The notes under the pieces were generated by a model, which ran no database searches, was not told where the DNA came from, and saw nothing but the letters and a program-made list of their open reading frames with translations. Made by a program: the position numbers and the translations under genes. 32,000 bases of DNA, from NCBI GenBank assembly GCA_023408315.1, contig JAEYKI010000013.1, positions 4,721 to 36,720 on the forward strand. Direction: 5' to 3'. Below, in pieces: positions 10,753 to 19,586 of the stretch (its first letter is position 1; every line of letters starts with the position of its first letter). The stretch is from Bacillota bacterium (GTDB lineage: Bacteria > Bacillota > Clostridia > Christensenellales > Christensenellaceae).

Positions 10753-11862
10753 CTAGCTCAAACGTATGATCGTTAAAGATGCGCCTGCGGAACTGCCAAG
10801 CAAAACGGCAGCACCCGCCAATCCGAATAACTGGAGAGATACCGTATCTCCCGCCGACATATCCAGCAGAATTTCGTTTGAAAATCCAGATAAGCCAATC
10901 AGGGGTATAATTGACGATTGTGTGTTTGCGCTTCCGTTAATTAAAAGCCTTGTTCCCATAATCAGGGAAGCGGTGGTGTTCACATGATAAGATAAACGGT
11001 ACCGTCCGGCAGAACCAATTGTAAACGTATCATTTGCTCCATTTACAGTAATGCCCGAAAGCAACTGTGAGTTGGGCAGAGGAACCAGAACACCGACTAT
11101 CGTCACGGTAATCGATGCCCCTGTCAAGTTTGCGGCAAAAGCGGTTGTTGCGGTAACATTTGTGCCTGTCTGACCCGTTGCGCCCGTTGCACCTGTCGTG
11201 CCCGTTGCGCCTGTAGCACCAGTTGCGCCAGTTGCGCCTGTCGGACCCGTTGCGCCTGTCGGGCCCGCCGAGCCTGTCGCACCAACTGAACCAGTTGCAC
11301 CTGTCGCGCCTGCCGCGCCTATTGCACCCGCTGCACCTGTTGCACCCGTTGCACCTCCCGTTCCGGTTGCACCCGTCGGACCCGTTACGCCTGTCGGACC
11401 CGTTGCGCCTGTCGGGCCTGCCGGGCCTGTTGAGCCTGTTGCGCCTGCCGCACCTATTGCGCCTGTTGCGCCTGTCGCACCTGTTGCACCCGTTGCGCCT
11501 GTTGCGCCAGTTGCACCTCCCGCAGGGCCTGTGGGGCCTGTTGCACCCGTTACGCCCGTTGCACCTTGCAGCTCGGAAGACGAAAGAGCACTTTGCATTT
11601 TTGTTTTAAAAAACAGAAGATTCTGGGCTACACCGTCCAATACAGATCTGACACTGTCATTGGTATCAAGAACATCTTGTACCGTTGCGGGCGGTCCGCT
11701 CAACCCCGGAATGGTGCCTAATACATACTGAATTTTTTCGCCTTCCGCATTGAGTATATGGCTTAATCCAAGCTCCTCATAAGCGATAGATGCAATGATT
11801 TGGCTAATTGCGTCGTCACGGGTTAGAGGAGGGCTTATGGTTGGAAAACTGGGTTGTGACAT
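10753..11862 (-). CDS. Collagen-like (G-X-T repeat) protein B, paralogue of A
   Basis: It has the same three-part architecture as A ([27 protein letters not shown]; G-X-T stalk; ..[15 protein letters not shown]...[10 protein letters not shown]). It lies 12 nt upstream of A, so the two are probably cotranscribed. Confidence 0.8.
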   Translation of the reverse strand: MSQPSFPTISPPLTRDDAISQIIASIAYEELGLSHILNAEGEKIQYVLGTIPGLSGPPATVQDVLDTNDSVRSVLDGVAQNLLFFKTKMQSALSSSELQGATGVTGATGPTGPAGGATGATGATGATGATGATGAIGAAGATGSTGPAGPTGATGPTGVTGPTGATGTGGATGATGAAGAIGAAGATGATGSVGATGSAGPTGATGPTGATGATGATGATGTTGATGATGQTGTNVTATTAFAANLTGASITVTIVGVLVPLPNSQLLSGITVNGANDTFTIGSAGRYRLSYHVNTTASLIMGTRLLINGSANTQSSIIPLIGLSGFSNEILLDMSAGDTVSLQLFGLAGAAVLLGSSAGASLTIIRLS

Positions 11863-11917
11863 TTTATTACCTCCTAAATGGTTTAAAATTTATGTAACCA
11901 TTCTTTCGGCCAAATGG

Positions 11918-13021
11918 TCAGCCTGCTGAATTTTCCAATACCTTCCGTCTTTCATCAGCCCGCTCAAATTTTGGGTGCAACGCCAGCACTTGACGGTAAG
12001 CTTCCAATGCCGCTGTATTTTTTTGCTGTTTTTCATAACATTGTCCCAATTGAAAGAGGGCCTTAAAGCTTCCTACCCCTGTTCGGATCAAATAGCGCGG
12101 GTCTGATTCTCCCAAAACGAGAGCATAAATGAAGGCACGCGTCGCTTCATCATACCGGCCTAAGCCGTACAATATTTTGCCTTTATAATAATGCAGATCC
12201 ACATAATCCGGATAAAGGCTTAGGGCCTTTTCTATTGCGGGATACGCTTCTTCAAATTTTTTTTGTTCCACTAATATATCATATTTCAGTTTGTAAGCAA
12301 GCGAAGGCGGGACGACACCCTTCTGAACAAATTCCAGGATTACCTCGTTTACTGTTTGCAGCGCTTGCTCCAATTCGCCTAGCCTGTAAAGCTCGGCCGC
12401 CATATGGTATTCCAACCAGGCGTTGTCTGGTTCCCGCTCCCTCTGCCGTACAAGCGCCTCCATATTGCGTTGCGCTTTATATGCCTGTGCACTTTGCATA
12501 TATCCGTAATGCCCGATATAAAAAAAAGGCGTTGGCTCCATTTGAACGGTTTCTATTAAAGAGCTGATATCTAATTGCTCATGAATTGGACCAACGAAGC
12601 GCAGACCAATACCGTTTTTGAACAACCGGAACCCTGTGGAACGATAAGAGTTGTATGCGTCTGCCGGCTTATCCCCGCAATAGTGCAAGAGCCTGGTGCA
12701 TACCAGATCCGGATTTTGGACCTCCAGCATGTTTTGCAGGGCCGCAAAATCCAGCATGCAGAGTTCTTCATCCGCATCCATCCAGAGTATCCAGTCTCCC
12801 GATGCTTTTTTCAAGCCGAAATTGCGCGCTGCGGAAAAATCATCTGACCAGTCAAAATTGTAGACCTTTGCGCCCAGCGACTCACAGATCCCGCGGGTGC
12901 CATCTTGAGATCCTGCATCTATTATTACCATTTCGTACACATGGCTGCGTGCGCTTTCAATACAGCGCCGTATATTTTGCTCCTCATCTTTTACGATCAT
13001 GCACAAACTTATTTTGGGCAT
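11918..13021 (-). CDS. Family-2 glycosyltransferase with C-terminal TPR repeats
   Basis: [25 protein letters not shown]...WILWMDADEEL forms a GT2 fold with a DxD motif. The C-terminal half has TPR-like repeats (YYKGKILYGLGRYDEATRAF, LGQCYEKQQKNTAALEAYRQVLALHP). Confidence 0.8.
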   Translation of the reverse strand: MPKISLCMIVKDEEQNIRRCIESARSHVYEMVIIDAGSQDGTRGICESLGAKVYNFDWSDDFSAARNFGLKKASGDWILWMDADEELCMLDFAALQNMLEVQNPDLVCTRLLHYCGDKPADAYNSYRSTGFRLFKNGIGLRFVGPIHEQLDISSLIETVQMEPTPFFYIGHYGYMQSAQAYKAQRNMEALVRQREREPDNAWLEYHMAAELYRLGELEQALQTVNEVILEFVQKGVVPPSLAYKLKYDILVEQKKFEEAYPAIEKALSLYPDYVDLHYYKGKILYGLGRYDEATRAFIYALVLGESDPRYLIRTGVGSFKALFQLGQCYEKQQKNTAALEAYRQVLALHPKFERADERRKVLENSAG

Positions 13022-13178
13022 CCCATCGTTCTCCTATATATTGATAATCACAATATAATATTCCGATCTGCAAAATGCGTCACTAAAATATTTGCACAAT
13101 CAACATATAGTAACAAACCAGTACTTTTCTTCATATTCTATACGAACAGTAAACTTATAAAATTTCCGGGGTAGCCAT

Positions 13179-14324
13179 ATGACCATCAGTCTATGCATGA
13201 TTGTTAAAAACGAAGAAAACACACTGACAAGATGTTTGTCTTCAGTTCAAAATATCGCGGACGAAATCATCATTGTGGATACAGGCTCAACAGACGGCAC
13301 AAAACAAGCTGCTGCAATGTATACAGATAAAATATACGATTTCAAATGGATCGATGATTTTTCTGAAGCCCGCAACTTTTCATATTCCAAGGCAACAAAG
13401 GAATACGTTCTTTGGCTTGATGCAGACGATTTGATTCTGCCTGAGGATAATCTGAAGCTTCAGGAATTAAAAAAGACGCTTGCCGCTGATGTGGATGTTG
13501 TAATGATGAAATATAATATCCGTTTTGACCAGAATGGAACACCGGTTTTTTCTTATTTCCGGGAACGGCTGTCTAAAAGAAATCAGAATTATGTCTGGCG
13601 GGAACCGGTGCATGAATATCTGGAGATCAGCGGCAATGTCGTAAATGCCGACATTAGTGTTACGCACGCAAAACCATACGTTTCGCCTGTTAAACATACA
13701 ACAAGAAATCTCCAAATATATGAAAATTTAATAGCCGCAGGAAATCAGCTTTCCGCCAGAGGTATATACTATTACGCCAGGGAACTGATGGATAACGAAA
13801 GATACGCGGATGCAGCCGTGCAATTTAATTTGTTTTTGGAATCGAACCTCGGATGGTTGGAGGATAATATCTCGGCATGCGGGGAGCTTGCCAAATGTTA
13901 TCTGATACAGGGAGATGAAGAGAAGGCGCTTTGCGTCATGATGAAAAGTTTTGCATACGATACTCCGCGCGCTGAATTGTGCTGCCAGATCGGTTATTTT
14001 TTTCAAAATAAAAAGAATTACAGGCTAGCGGCATATTGGTTTAAAACAGCCCTTATGCTTGAAAAACCGTCAAATTCATGGGGCTTTTTTCAGAACGACT
14101 GCTGGGGGTATGTCCCGGCCATTGAATGTACGGTTTGCTATGACAATATGGGAGACTATCAAAAAGCTGAAGCATTTAATGAGCTGGCAGCACAGTTTAA
14201 GCCCGGCTCTCCATCTGTTGAGCATAACAGAAAATATTTTGCCGGGCTTACTACGCCGCAAAAAACAAAAAGCGAGGAGGTTGTAAGCGTTGTCACTGCC
14301 GGAATTTCCAACCATCAGTCCTGA
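13179..14324 (+). CDS. Family-2 glycosyltransferase with C-terminal TPR-like region (paralogue, divergent orientation)
   Basis: [25 protein letters not shown]...[11 protein letters not shown] gives the GT2/DxD signature, followed by a helical repeat C-terminus. Confidence 0.8.
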   Translation: MTISLCMIVKNEENTLTRCLSSVQNIADEIIIVDTGSTDGTKQAAAMYTDKIYDFKWIDDFSEARNFSYSKATKEYVLWLDADDLILPEDNLKLQELKKTLAADVDVVMMKYNIRFDQNGTPVFSYFRERLSKRNQNYVWREPVHEYLEISGNVVNADISVTHAKPYVSPVKHTTRNLQIYENLIAAGNQLSARGIYYYARELMDNERYADAAVQFNLFLESNLGWLEDNISACGELAKCYLIQGDEEKALCVMMKSFAYDTPRAELCCQIGYFFQNKKNYRLAAYWFKTALMLEKPSNSWGFFQNDCWGYVPAIECTVCYDNMGDYQKAEAFNELAAQFKPGSPSVEHNRKYFAGLTTPQKTKSEEVVSVVTAGISNHQS

Positions 14325-15225
14325 GATTACCCGCGAAGGTGCTCTAAATATGATTCTGGCTTCTATTGCCATGGAAGAACTGGCGCTTAGCCATATACTC
14401 AATGCGGAAGGAGAAAAGCTACAATACATACTGGGTACTCTGCCATGCAGTTGTGATTCTATTGACCCTTCTTTCTGCCAATTAATGGAGGCAAATAAGA
14501 GTATTGGTTGCCTGCTGGACAGCGTGATGCAAAACCAGGCATTTTTGAAATCCAAAATGGAAAAAGTGCTTGAGTCGATCGAACATCCCAACACCGGCCC
14601 AACTGGCCCAACCGGTCCAACCGGTTCCACTGGGCCTACGGGTGCCCCAGGTGGAAAAACCGGGGCTACGGGTACTACCGGCGCAACCGGGGCTACAGGG
14701 CCAAAAGGTGCCACCGGCGCAACCGGGGTTACGGGGTCAAAAGGTGCCACCGGCGCCACTGGGGCAACAGGGCCTGCCGGGCCTTGCAAAACAAACTGTA
14801 CGGCTGCTTTTTCCGGTCCAGTTAATTATTGCTTAAAGGCCCATGAATTTTTTGAATGGAAATGTTGCGCAAAAACAGGCGAATGTATTTCCTGGCATCC
14901 GACCGAATGTTCAAAAATTATTTTAGCCCCCGAAAAAAACTATCTGATTTCTTTTACCGCAAATATTTGCGGCTCAAAAAGCATCAACAGCACCCCAAAT
15001 GCGCTTTCCATTGCCGTGCTTACTTTATGCGGTCAAAAAGAACAGTCCCATTTTTCATATCATCTGCCATCCTATCTGTCCAGTTATTCTACGGCTACCG
15101 CTTCTTTCAGTGGGGTTTGGATATCAACGTGTGACTGCTGTGAGCCGACGATTCTCACATTGGCATTGTTATCGCCCAAAATGATAACTATCCATCGATC
15201 CTATCTGAGCATTACATCTTTTTAA
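14290..15225 (+). CDS. Collagen-like protein C with a Cys-rich C-terminal head
   Basis: The TTG start lies 9 nt after GAGGAGG and overlaps the glycosyltransferase 3' end by 35 nt. It has the same N-terminal module ([27 protein letters not shown]) and a shorter G-X-T stalk. The head contains many Cys residues ([21 protein letters not shown]). Confidence 0.75.
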   Translation: MSLPEFPTISPEITREGALNMILASIAMEELALSHILNAEGEKLQYILGTLPCSCDSIDPSFCQLMEANKSIGCLLDSVMQNQAFLKSKMEKVLESIEHPNTGPTGPTGPTGSTGPTGAPGGKTGATGTTGATGATGPKGATGATGVTGSKGATGATGATGPAGPCKTNCTAAFSGPVNYCLKAHEFFEWKCCAKTGECISWHPTECSKIILAPEKNYLISFTANICGSKSINSTPNALSIAVLTLCGQKEQSHFSYHLPSYLSSYSTATASFSGVWISTCDCCEPTILTLALLSPKMITIHRSYLSITSF

Positions 15226-15289
15226 ACATCATATTTTAACGACTCCGGAAAGAGCCGCACCCCATAGTCTTATTAAATATTATTCTGAA

Positions 15290-15410
15290 ATTCTCTTCCT
15301 CGTACTCACTGTCATATCTGCCGCACATTTTTCACCACACCTTTCCATAAAAAGCGGTCTTCCTCCAAGAAAAGAAAGGTTTCCCCCTGCACCGTGCAGG
15401 TGTAGCGCGT
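15290..15410 (-). pseudogene. Fragment spanning the 3' end of a second 88-aa gene and the first ~13 codons of a second SRAP gene
   Basis: The minus strand reads ..RYTCTVQGETFLFLEEDRFLWKGVVK then ATGTGCGGCAGATAT (MCGRYDSEYEEEN..). This is colinear with 8085-8195. The TAA stop of the small gene is mutated, and homology is lost on both sides. Confidence 0.8.
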
Positions 15411-15443
15411 CGGTAGCGCTTTACAAGGTGCGGATTTGTTTTT

Positions 15444-16262
15444 TTAATGACTGAGCTTAGTTGCGCTGAAGGATATGCTTTTTGCTAACGGAAAGGTCAA
15501 GGTAACATCAGTAGGGCTAAAAAGTTTTAATTCCAAAAATGAATTTGCCGCCAATGAAATTATTAGATAATCTCCCATATTTGTTTGCACATCCGTTGAA
15601 AGTAGAAGTGAACGGTATACGTGTGGAATTGAACTGCCATTAAGGTCTACTCCCACTTGAACTGAGAGTGCTGAAGCGACCGGCAATATTGATATACTAT
15701 AGTCAATCCGGTAATCTCCAGCTTCCACGATGGTAATACCGCTTGTTGTTAAGGTAATATTAGCTGAGGCAGGCATCAAAAAGTTAAGAGGAAGAGAAGC
15801 TTTTGTCCCGCCTATAAAACTGACATTAAGCGGATTAACGTTGTCTTCGATGATTCCTCCATATGCTGCCGGAAACTCTGGCCCGGTAGCGCCGGTAGCT
15901 CCTGTACTACCCGTAGCGCCGGTAGATCCTGTACTACCCGTAGCGCCGGTAGATCCTGTAATTCCCTGCTGCCCTGAGGAAGCCAGCACACTCTGCATCT
16001 TATTCTTAGTAAGCAGTTGACTCTGGCCAATCGACTCTAACATTAACCTTACACTGTTATTGGCGGCAAGTACATCCTCCACAGTTGCTGGCGGACCACT
16101 GATACCGGGTAGGGTTCCTAAAATATACTGGAGCTTCTCGCCCTCCGCGTTAATGATGTGACTTAAAGCTAATTCCTCCATGGCAATAGAGGCTAAGATC
16201 TGATTTATGGCATCCTCCCTTGTGATCGGTGGATTGATTGCCGGAAAATTAGGCATAGACAT
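15444..16262 (-). CDS. Collagen-like protein D (short stalk, BclA-type head)
   Basis: [27 protein letters not shown] is the shared module. It is followed by a short GITGSTGATG.. stalk and a head with GDYRIDYSISI...SFLELKLF... Confidence 0.75.
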   Translation of the reverse strand: MSMPNFPAINPPITREDAINQILASIAMEELALSHIINAEGEKLQYILGTLPGISGPPATVEDVLAANNSVRLMLESIGQSQLLTKNKMQSVLASSGQQGITGSTGATGSTGSTGATGSTGATGATGPEFPAAYGGIIEDNVNPLNVSFIGGTKASLPLNFLMPASANITLTTSGITIVEAGDYRIDYSISILPVASALSVQVGVDLNGSSIPHVYRSLLLSTDVQTNMGDYLIISLAANSFLELKLFSPTDVTLTFPLAKSISFSATKLSH

Positions 16263-16739
16263 AATAATTATATTTCCTCTCTAATAATAAATAGATTAGG
16301 CGTTTGCGAAACGCCGCAGCCTCCATAAAATAAGGAACCCGGTAGTAAGCGAAAGCTCCTTCCCAAAAATGGTGCAATTGGTCAAGGTCTTAACGCTCCT
16401 CTCCTATGACCCTGCTTACTTTTCGCAATCATACATAGTGATGGTGCCTAACTCCAATCCCAGTTTATACTGTGGTCTTATAGTATATTATGGGCTATAT
16501 CGCCATATTGCTACATAGGTATCATTTGTTCCTCATTAATTTTTCAACTATGGTTACCATGTTTTATGACTGTTTGCTGCTCTTTAAAAGCAATGAGCGG
16601 CATTTTATGCCATCGGTTTACAAGAAAAGCATGTGCAGAAGCTTTTGAGAAAGGACACATGAAGCGCACCACAGCAACATTCGCCATTGAGTAGCAATGC
16701 CTGGCCAGCTGAACACCTAGAAGTCAATGCACTTTAAGT

Positions 16740-16850
16740 CTGATATTCCACTCTGACAGAGGAAACCAGTATACCAGCCGTGCATATCGAAAGTATCTGC
16801 AAACATTACATATCCATCAAAGCATGGGACGTACCGGCAACTGCTTTGTC
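16740..16850 (+). pseudogene. IS3-family transposase (DDE/rve core) fragment
   Basis: The translation LIFHSDRGNQYTSRAYRKYLQTLHIHQSMGRTGNCF matches the HSDRG.QYTS...SMSR.GNC.DN signature of IS3-family OrfB. Upstream sequence (about 16590-16739) may be more of the same gene, but it is interrupted by stops. Confidence 0.65.
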
Positions 16851-16950
16851 AGTTTATGCGTATCATGACTTTTAGATGCATTATGCTGTAAGATACAGAG
16901 CCATCTCTTTCCAACATACCCCATCCATATCGCGCACCTTTAATATTCCT

Positions 16951-17343
16951 TTATCTTTCCATCTCATCCTCACGCAAAATTGTGGGATCCTCTGCGCCGC
17001 ACGGTTCTTCGCGCTCCAGTACCCGCTCATCCTCACGCTGGCGGGGATAAAAGATCACCTCCCTTGCAACAATCTCAGTTACGTACCGGCGCACACCCTG
17101 CGCGTCGTCATAATCCCTTGTGCTGATAGGCCCTTCCACTGTCACCTTGACGCCTTTGCCAATGTGCTCCTTGCACAGCAGGCCCAGCTTGCGCCATGCT
17201 ACAATGGGTATAAAACTTGTCTTGTTGTCCATCTTGTAGCGGTCGGGGACCGCCAGGGTAAATGTCGCGTAGTCAATATCATTGACCGTTTTACGCAGTT
17301 CCACATCCCTGGTTAAAAATCCTGTCAAAAATACACTGTTCAC
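16951..17343 (-). CDS. ssb: Single-stranded DNA-binding protein (element-borne)
   Basis: The OB-fold N-terminus is NSVFLTGFLTRDVELRKT...FIPIVAWRKLG...GKGVKVTVEG. The start is GTG with GGAGGG 5 nt upstream. The C-terminus ends ..EDEMER rather than the canonical acidic D-D-D-(I/L)-P-F tip. Confidence 0.85.
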   Translation of the reverse strand: MNSVFLTGFLTRDVELRKTVNDIDYATFTLAVPDRYKMDNKTSFIPIVAWRKLGLLCKEHIGKGVKVTVEGPISTRDYDDAQGVRRYVTEIVAREVIFYPRQREDERVLEREEPCGAEDPTILREDEMER

Positions 17344-17364
17344 TTTATCCCTCCAAAAAAGCAG

Positions 17365-17500
17365 ATGTACCTGCCAGGTACATCTTTTTTAGTTTTCCAT
17401 GTACCCAGGATGTACAATGTACATCCCAGGTACATGATTTTTACTCAGAACGCATTTTTTTATGTACCCAGCAGGTACATTGTACAAACCAGGTACATAG
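17365..17500. repeat. Three ATGTACC/GGTACAT heptad clusters (left array)
   Basis: ATGTACCTGCCAGGTACAT is at 17365-17383. ATGTACCCAGGATGTACAATGTACATCCCAGGTACAT starts at 17399. ATGTACCCAGCAGGTACATTGTACAAACCAGGTACAT starts at 17462. The last one matches the reverse complement of the 53-bp unit at 29974-30227. Confidence 0.85.
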
Positions 17501-17699
17501 GAAAGCATCATCTTGAAAGTTCTTCACGCGGGCGAACCAGACCACCTGAGGCAGAACACTCTTTGGCATAACTTTCAAGCGTGTCTTTTATTGATTCTTT
17601 GAAACTGGTATTGTGTTCCAAGGAAAAGCAAATGTTATTTACTACCTTTCCAATGTAACGACAATTGTTTTCATAAAATCAACTTTTCGTAAAACATAT

Positions 17700-19586
17700 T
17701 TATACATAAGGCCGCGCATACAGAATAGGCGTTCCCTGCGCGCTGGCCGACCTGTAAACGACGCCGCCCGCCGATGGGGAAGCCTCGATCATCATGCCGT
17801 TGCCCACAAATATGGCCACATGGCCAATTTGCATGAAACTGTTTTTTACCCGCGGATTATCCGGGTACGTCCAGAACATCAGGTCGCCCGGCTGCAACGC
17901 ACCGGCGGCAATCGTCTTACCCGCTGATACGCAATACCGCGCCTGTTCCGCGGCTGTGCCGGGTATGGACAATCCCGCCTGCGCGTAAGCCCATTGCACC
18001 AGATAAGAGCAGTCCACATAGTTGCCGGTGCCGCGCAGATCCATGCTGTACGGATCGCCCAGCCGTGTAAACGCGGCCTGGACAATGGCCTTTCCTGCAG
18101 AACCTTCGGGCAGGTCATGCAGTATGATCTTTATTGCCTCATTATTCAGATATTGGCCCCCAAACTCAATGCCCAGCAATCCCGACCACGCGCTCGACAT
18201 ATCCGGCCTCAGAAGGAAATCCACGGACTTGGCCTGCTCCACTGTGAGCGGGTATTTATCCAGCACCTGCACATAACGCAGATTGGCCACCGATATATCG
18301 GCGTACTTAACTTCCTTAATTTCCTTTTCAGTTACCGTACGCGTGACCAGGACATAAGATACATACTTTTCCTGCTTGCCCGTTGCCGGATTCACCGCAT
18401 AATAATCATGTTCTTCATACTCCGTCACTTCTTTTTGTACTTCGTGTTCGACCTGCTCTGTGCGTGTACTGACATTGATTGGATTCATGTCAAAATACAG
18501 GCTGCGTATGGCTTCCTCGTCCGCGGCGTCCAGATGTACAACGGTATTTGATTGGTCATTCTTCCGGATAACGTACAGCGCCAGAGCGTCCTTCCAGTTG
18601 TTCACGCGGCCAAGGCTATCCCCGCTGCCGCCCACGTTGTAATCCACGGTTACGATGTACTCCTGGCTCTCATACTGCTGCCGCACCGCCGCCAGCTTAT
18701 CATCCCACGCGTTACCCACCCGCGATACGATATTGTTGACGGAATAGGGGTTGCCCGCGCTGTTATCCGAAAAGAAAAAGCCCAGCGGCGACGCCATCGT
18801 CGCGGACAGTATCCACGCAACCACAAATACCACCATAATAACGGCCAATATAACGAGAATGGGGACAATTCCTGCCCCCATTCCCGCAATGCCTTTGCCT
18901 ATAGCCGCCAGCGCCTGGCCGATTGATTTGCCCGCGCCGCCCGCGGCCTTGGCGGCTGCCTGTGCCGCCGCCTGCTTCTGCGCAACCTTTGCCGCCGCGG
19001 CAGCGGCCTGGCGTTTCGTAGCCTGCTGCTTGATGGCAGTACCCGACGCCTTGCCCCTGTCTGCCGCCCGGATCATGCGCGCCTTGCCGGACGTTGCCGG
19101 ACCGGAGCCGCTCATTCTCTCAGGATCACCATACGAAAAATTGGCCAGGCCCTTCTTTGACACATACTCCCGTTTTTGCTGTACGATCCCGCCCTCTGTC
19201 GATTGGACATGCGCCGACGTATCCATCCAGCTGGAGCCAGCGGCGTTCCCGCGCCCCTGTTTCGCGGCCTGAACGGACTGGTTCCGCACCGCCCGCGCCA
19301 CGATACCGGCGGTACGCTGCGCGACGTTTATGCCTTCCTTCCCGATCCGGGAGGCTGCGTCCGACTCGGCGGCGGACGTTTCCTGCCCGCCGCCGATCAG
19401 GTCAAGCCCTTCGGTGACCCGGCCCTTCACGGATTGCAGCTCCCGCTCAATTAGTTGCAGGTCATGCTTTACCGTCCCCTGCAAGCCGTTGCCGCTCTGC
19501 TTCAAACCGCGCCACCTCCTCCAGCTTTGTGGTAATTGCCCGATAGAGCCGCGTGTTTTCATCAAACAACGCATTGATAGGTACAA
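17700..19586 (-). CDS. NlpC/P60-domain cell-wall hydrolase of the transfer apparatus
   Basis: The C-terminal NlpC/P60 core is CSYLVQWAYAQAGLSIPGTAAEQ...GDLMFW...IGHVAIFVGNGMMIEA. There is a central TM helix (IVPILVILAVIMVVFVVAWIL) and an Ala/Gln-rich N-terminus. The start is uncertain: the longest ORF overlaps the virB4 3' end by 125 nt, so the true start is probably further downstream. Confidence 0.8.
   Translation of the reverse strand: MYLSMRCLMKTRGSIGQLPQSWRRWRGLKQSGNGLQGTVKHDLQLIERELQSVKGRVTEGLDLIGGGQETSAAESDAASRIGKEGINVAQRTAGIVARAVRNQSVQAAKQGRGNAAGSSWMDTSAHVQSTEGGIVQQKREYVSKKGLANFSYGDPERMSGSGPATSGKARMIRAADRGKASGTAIKQQATKRQAAAAAAKVAQKQAAAQAAAKAAGGAGKSIGQALAAIGKGIAGMGAGIVPILVILAVIMVVFVVAWILSATMASPLGFFFSDNSAGNPYSVNNIVSRVGNAWDDKLAAVRQQYESQEYIVTVDYNVGGSGDSLGRVNNWKDALALYVIRKNDQSNTVVHLDAADEEAIRSLYFDMNPINVSTRTEQVEHEVQKEVTEYEEHDYYAVNPATGKQEKYVSYVLVTRTVTEKEIKEVKYADISVANLRYVQVLDKYPLTVEQAKSVDFLLRPDMSSAWSGLLGIEFGGQYLNNEAIKIILHDLPEGSAGKAIVQAAFTRLGDPYSMDLRGTGNYVDCSYLVQWAYAQAGLSIPGTAAEQARYCVSAGKTIAAGALQPGDLMFWTYPDNPRVKNSFMQIGHVAIFVGNGMMIEASPSAGGVVYRSASAQGTPILYARPYV

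Noticed and set aside
17501-17699. Short minus-strand ORFs (MKTIVVTLER*, and a 38-aa TTG-initiated ORF ending ..GGLVRPREELSR) that might be a degraded antitoxin-like gene.
   Set aside because: They are too short and interrupted, and I can state no convincing family signature. The region is treated as eroded non-coding DNA.
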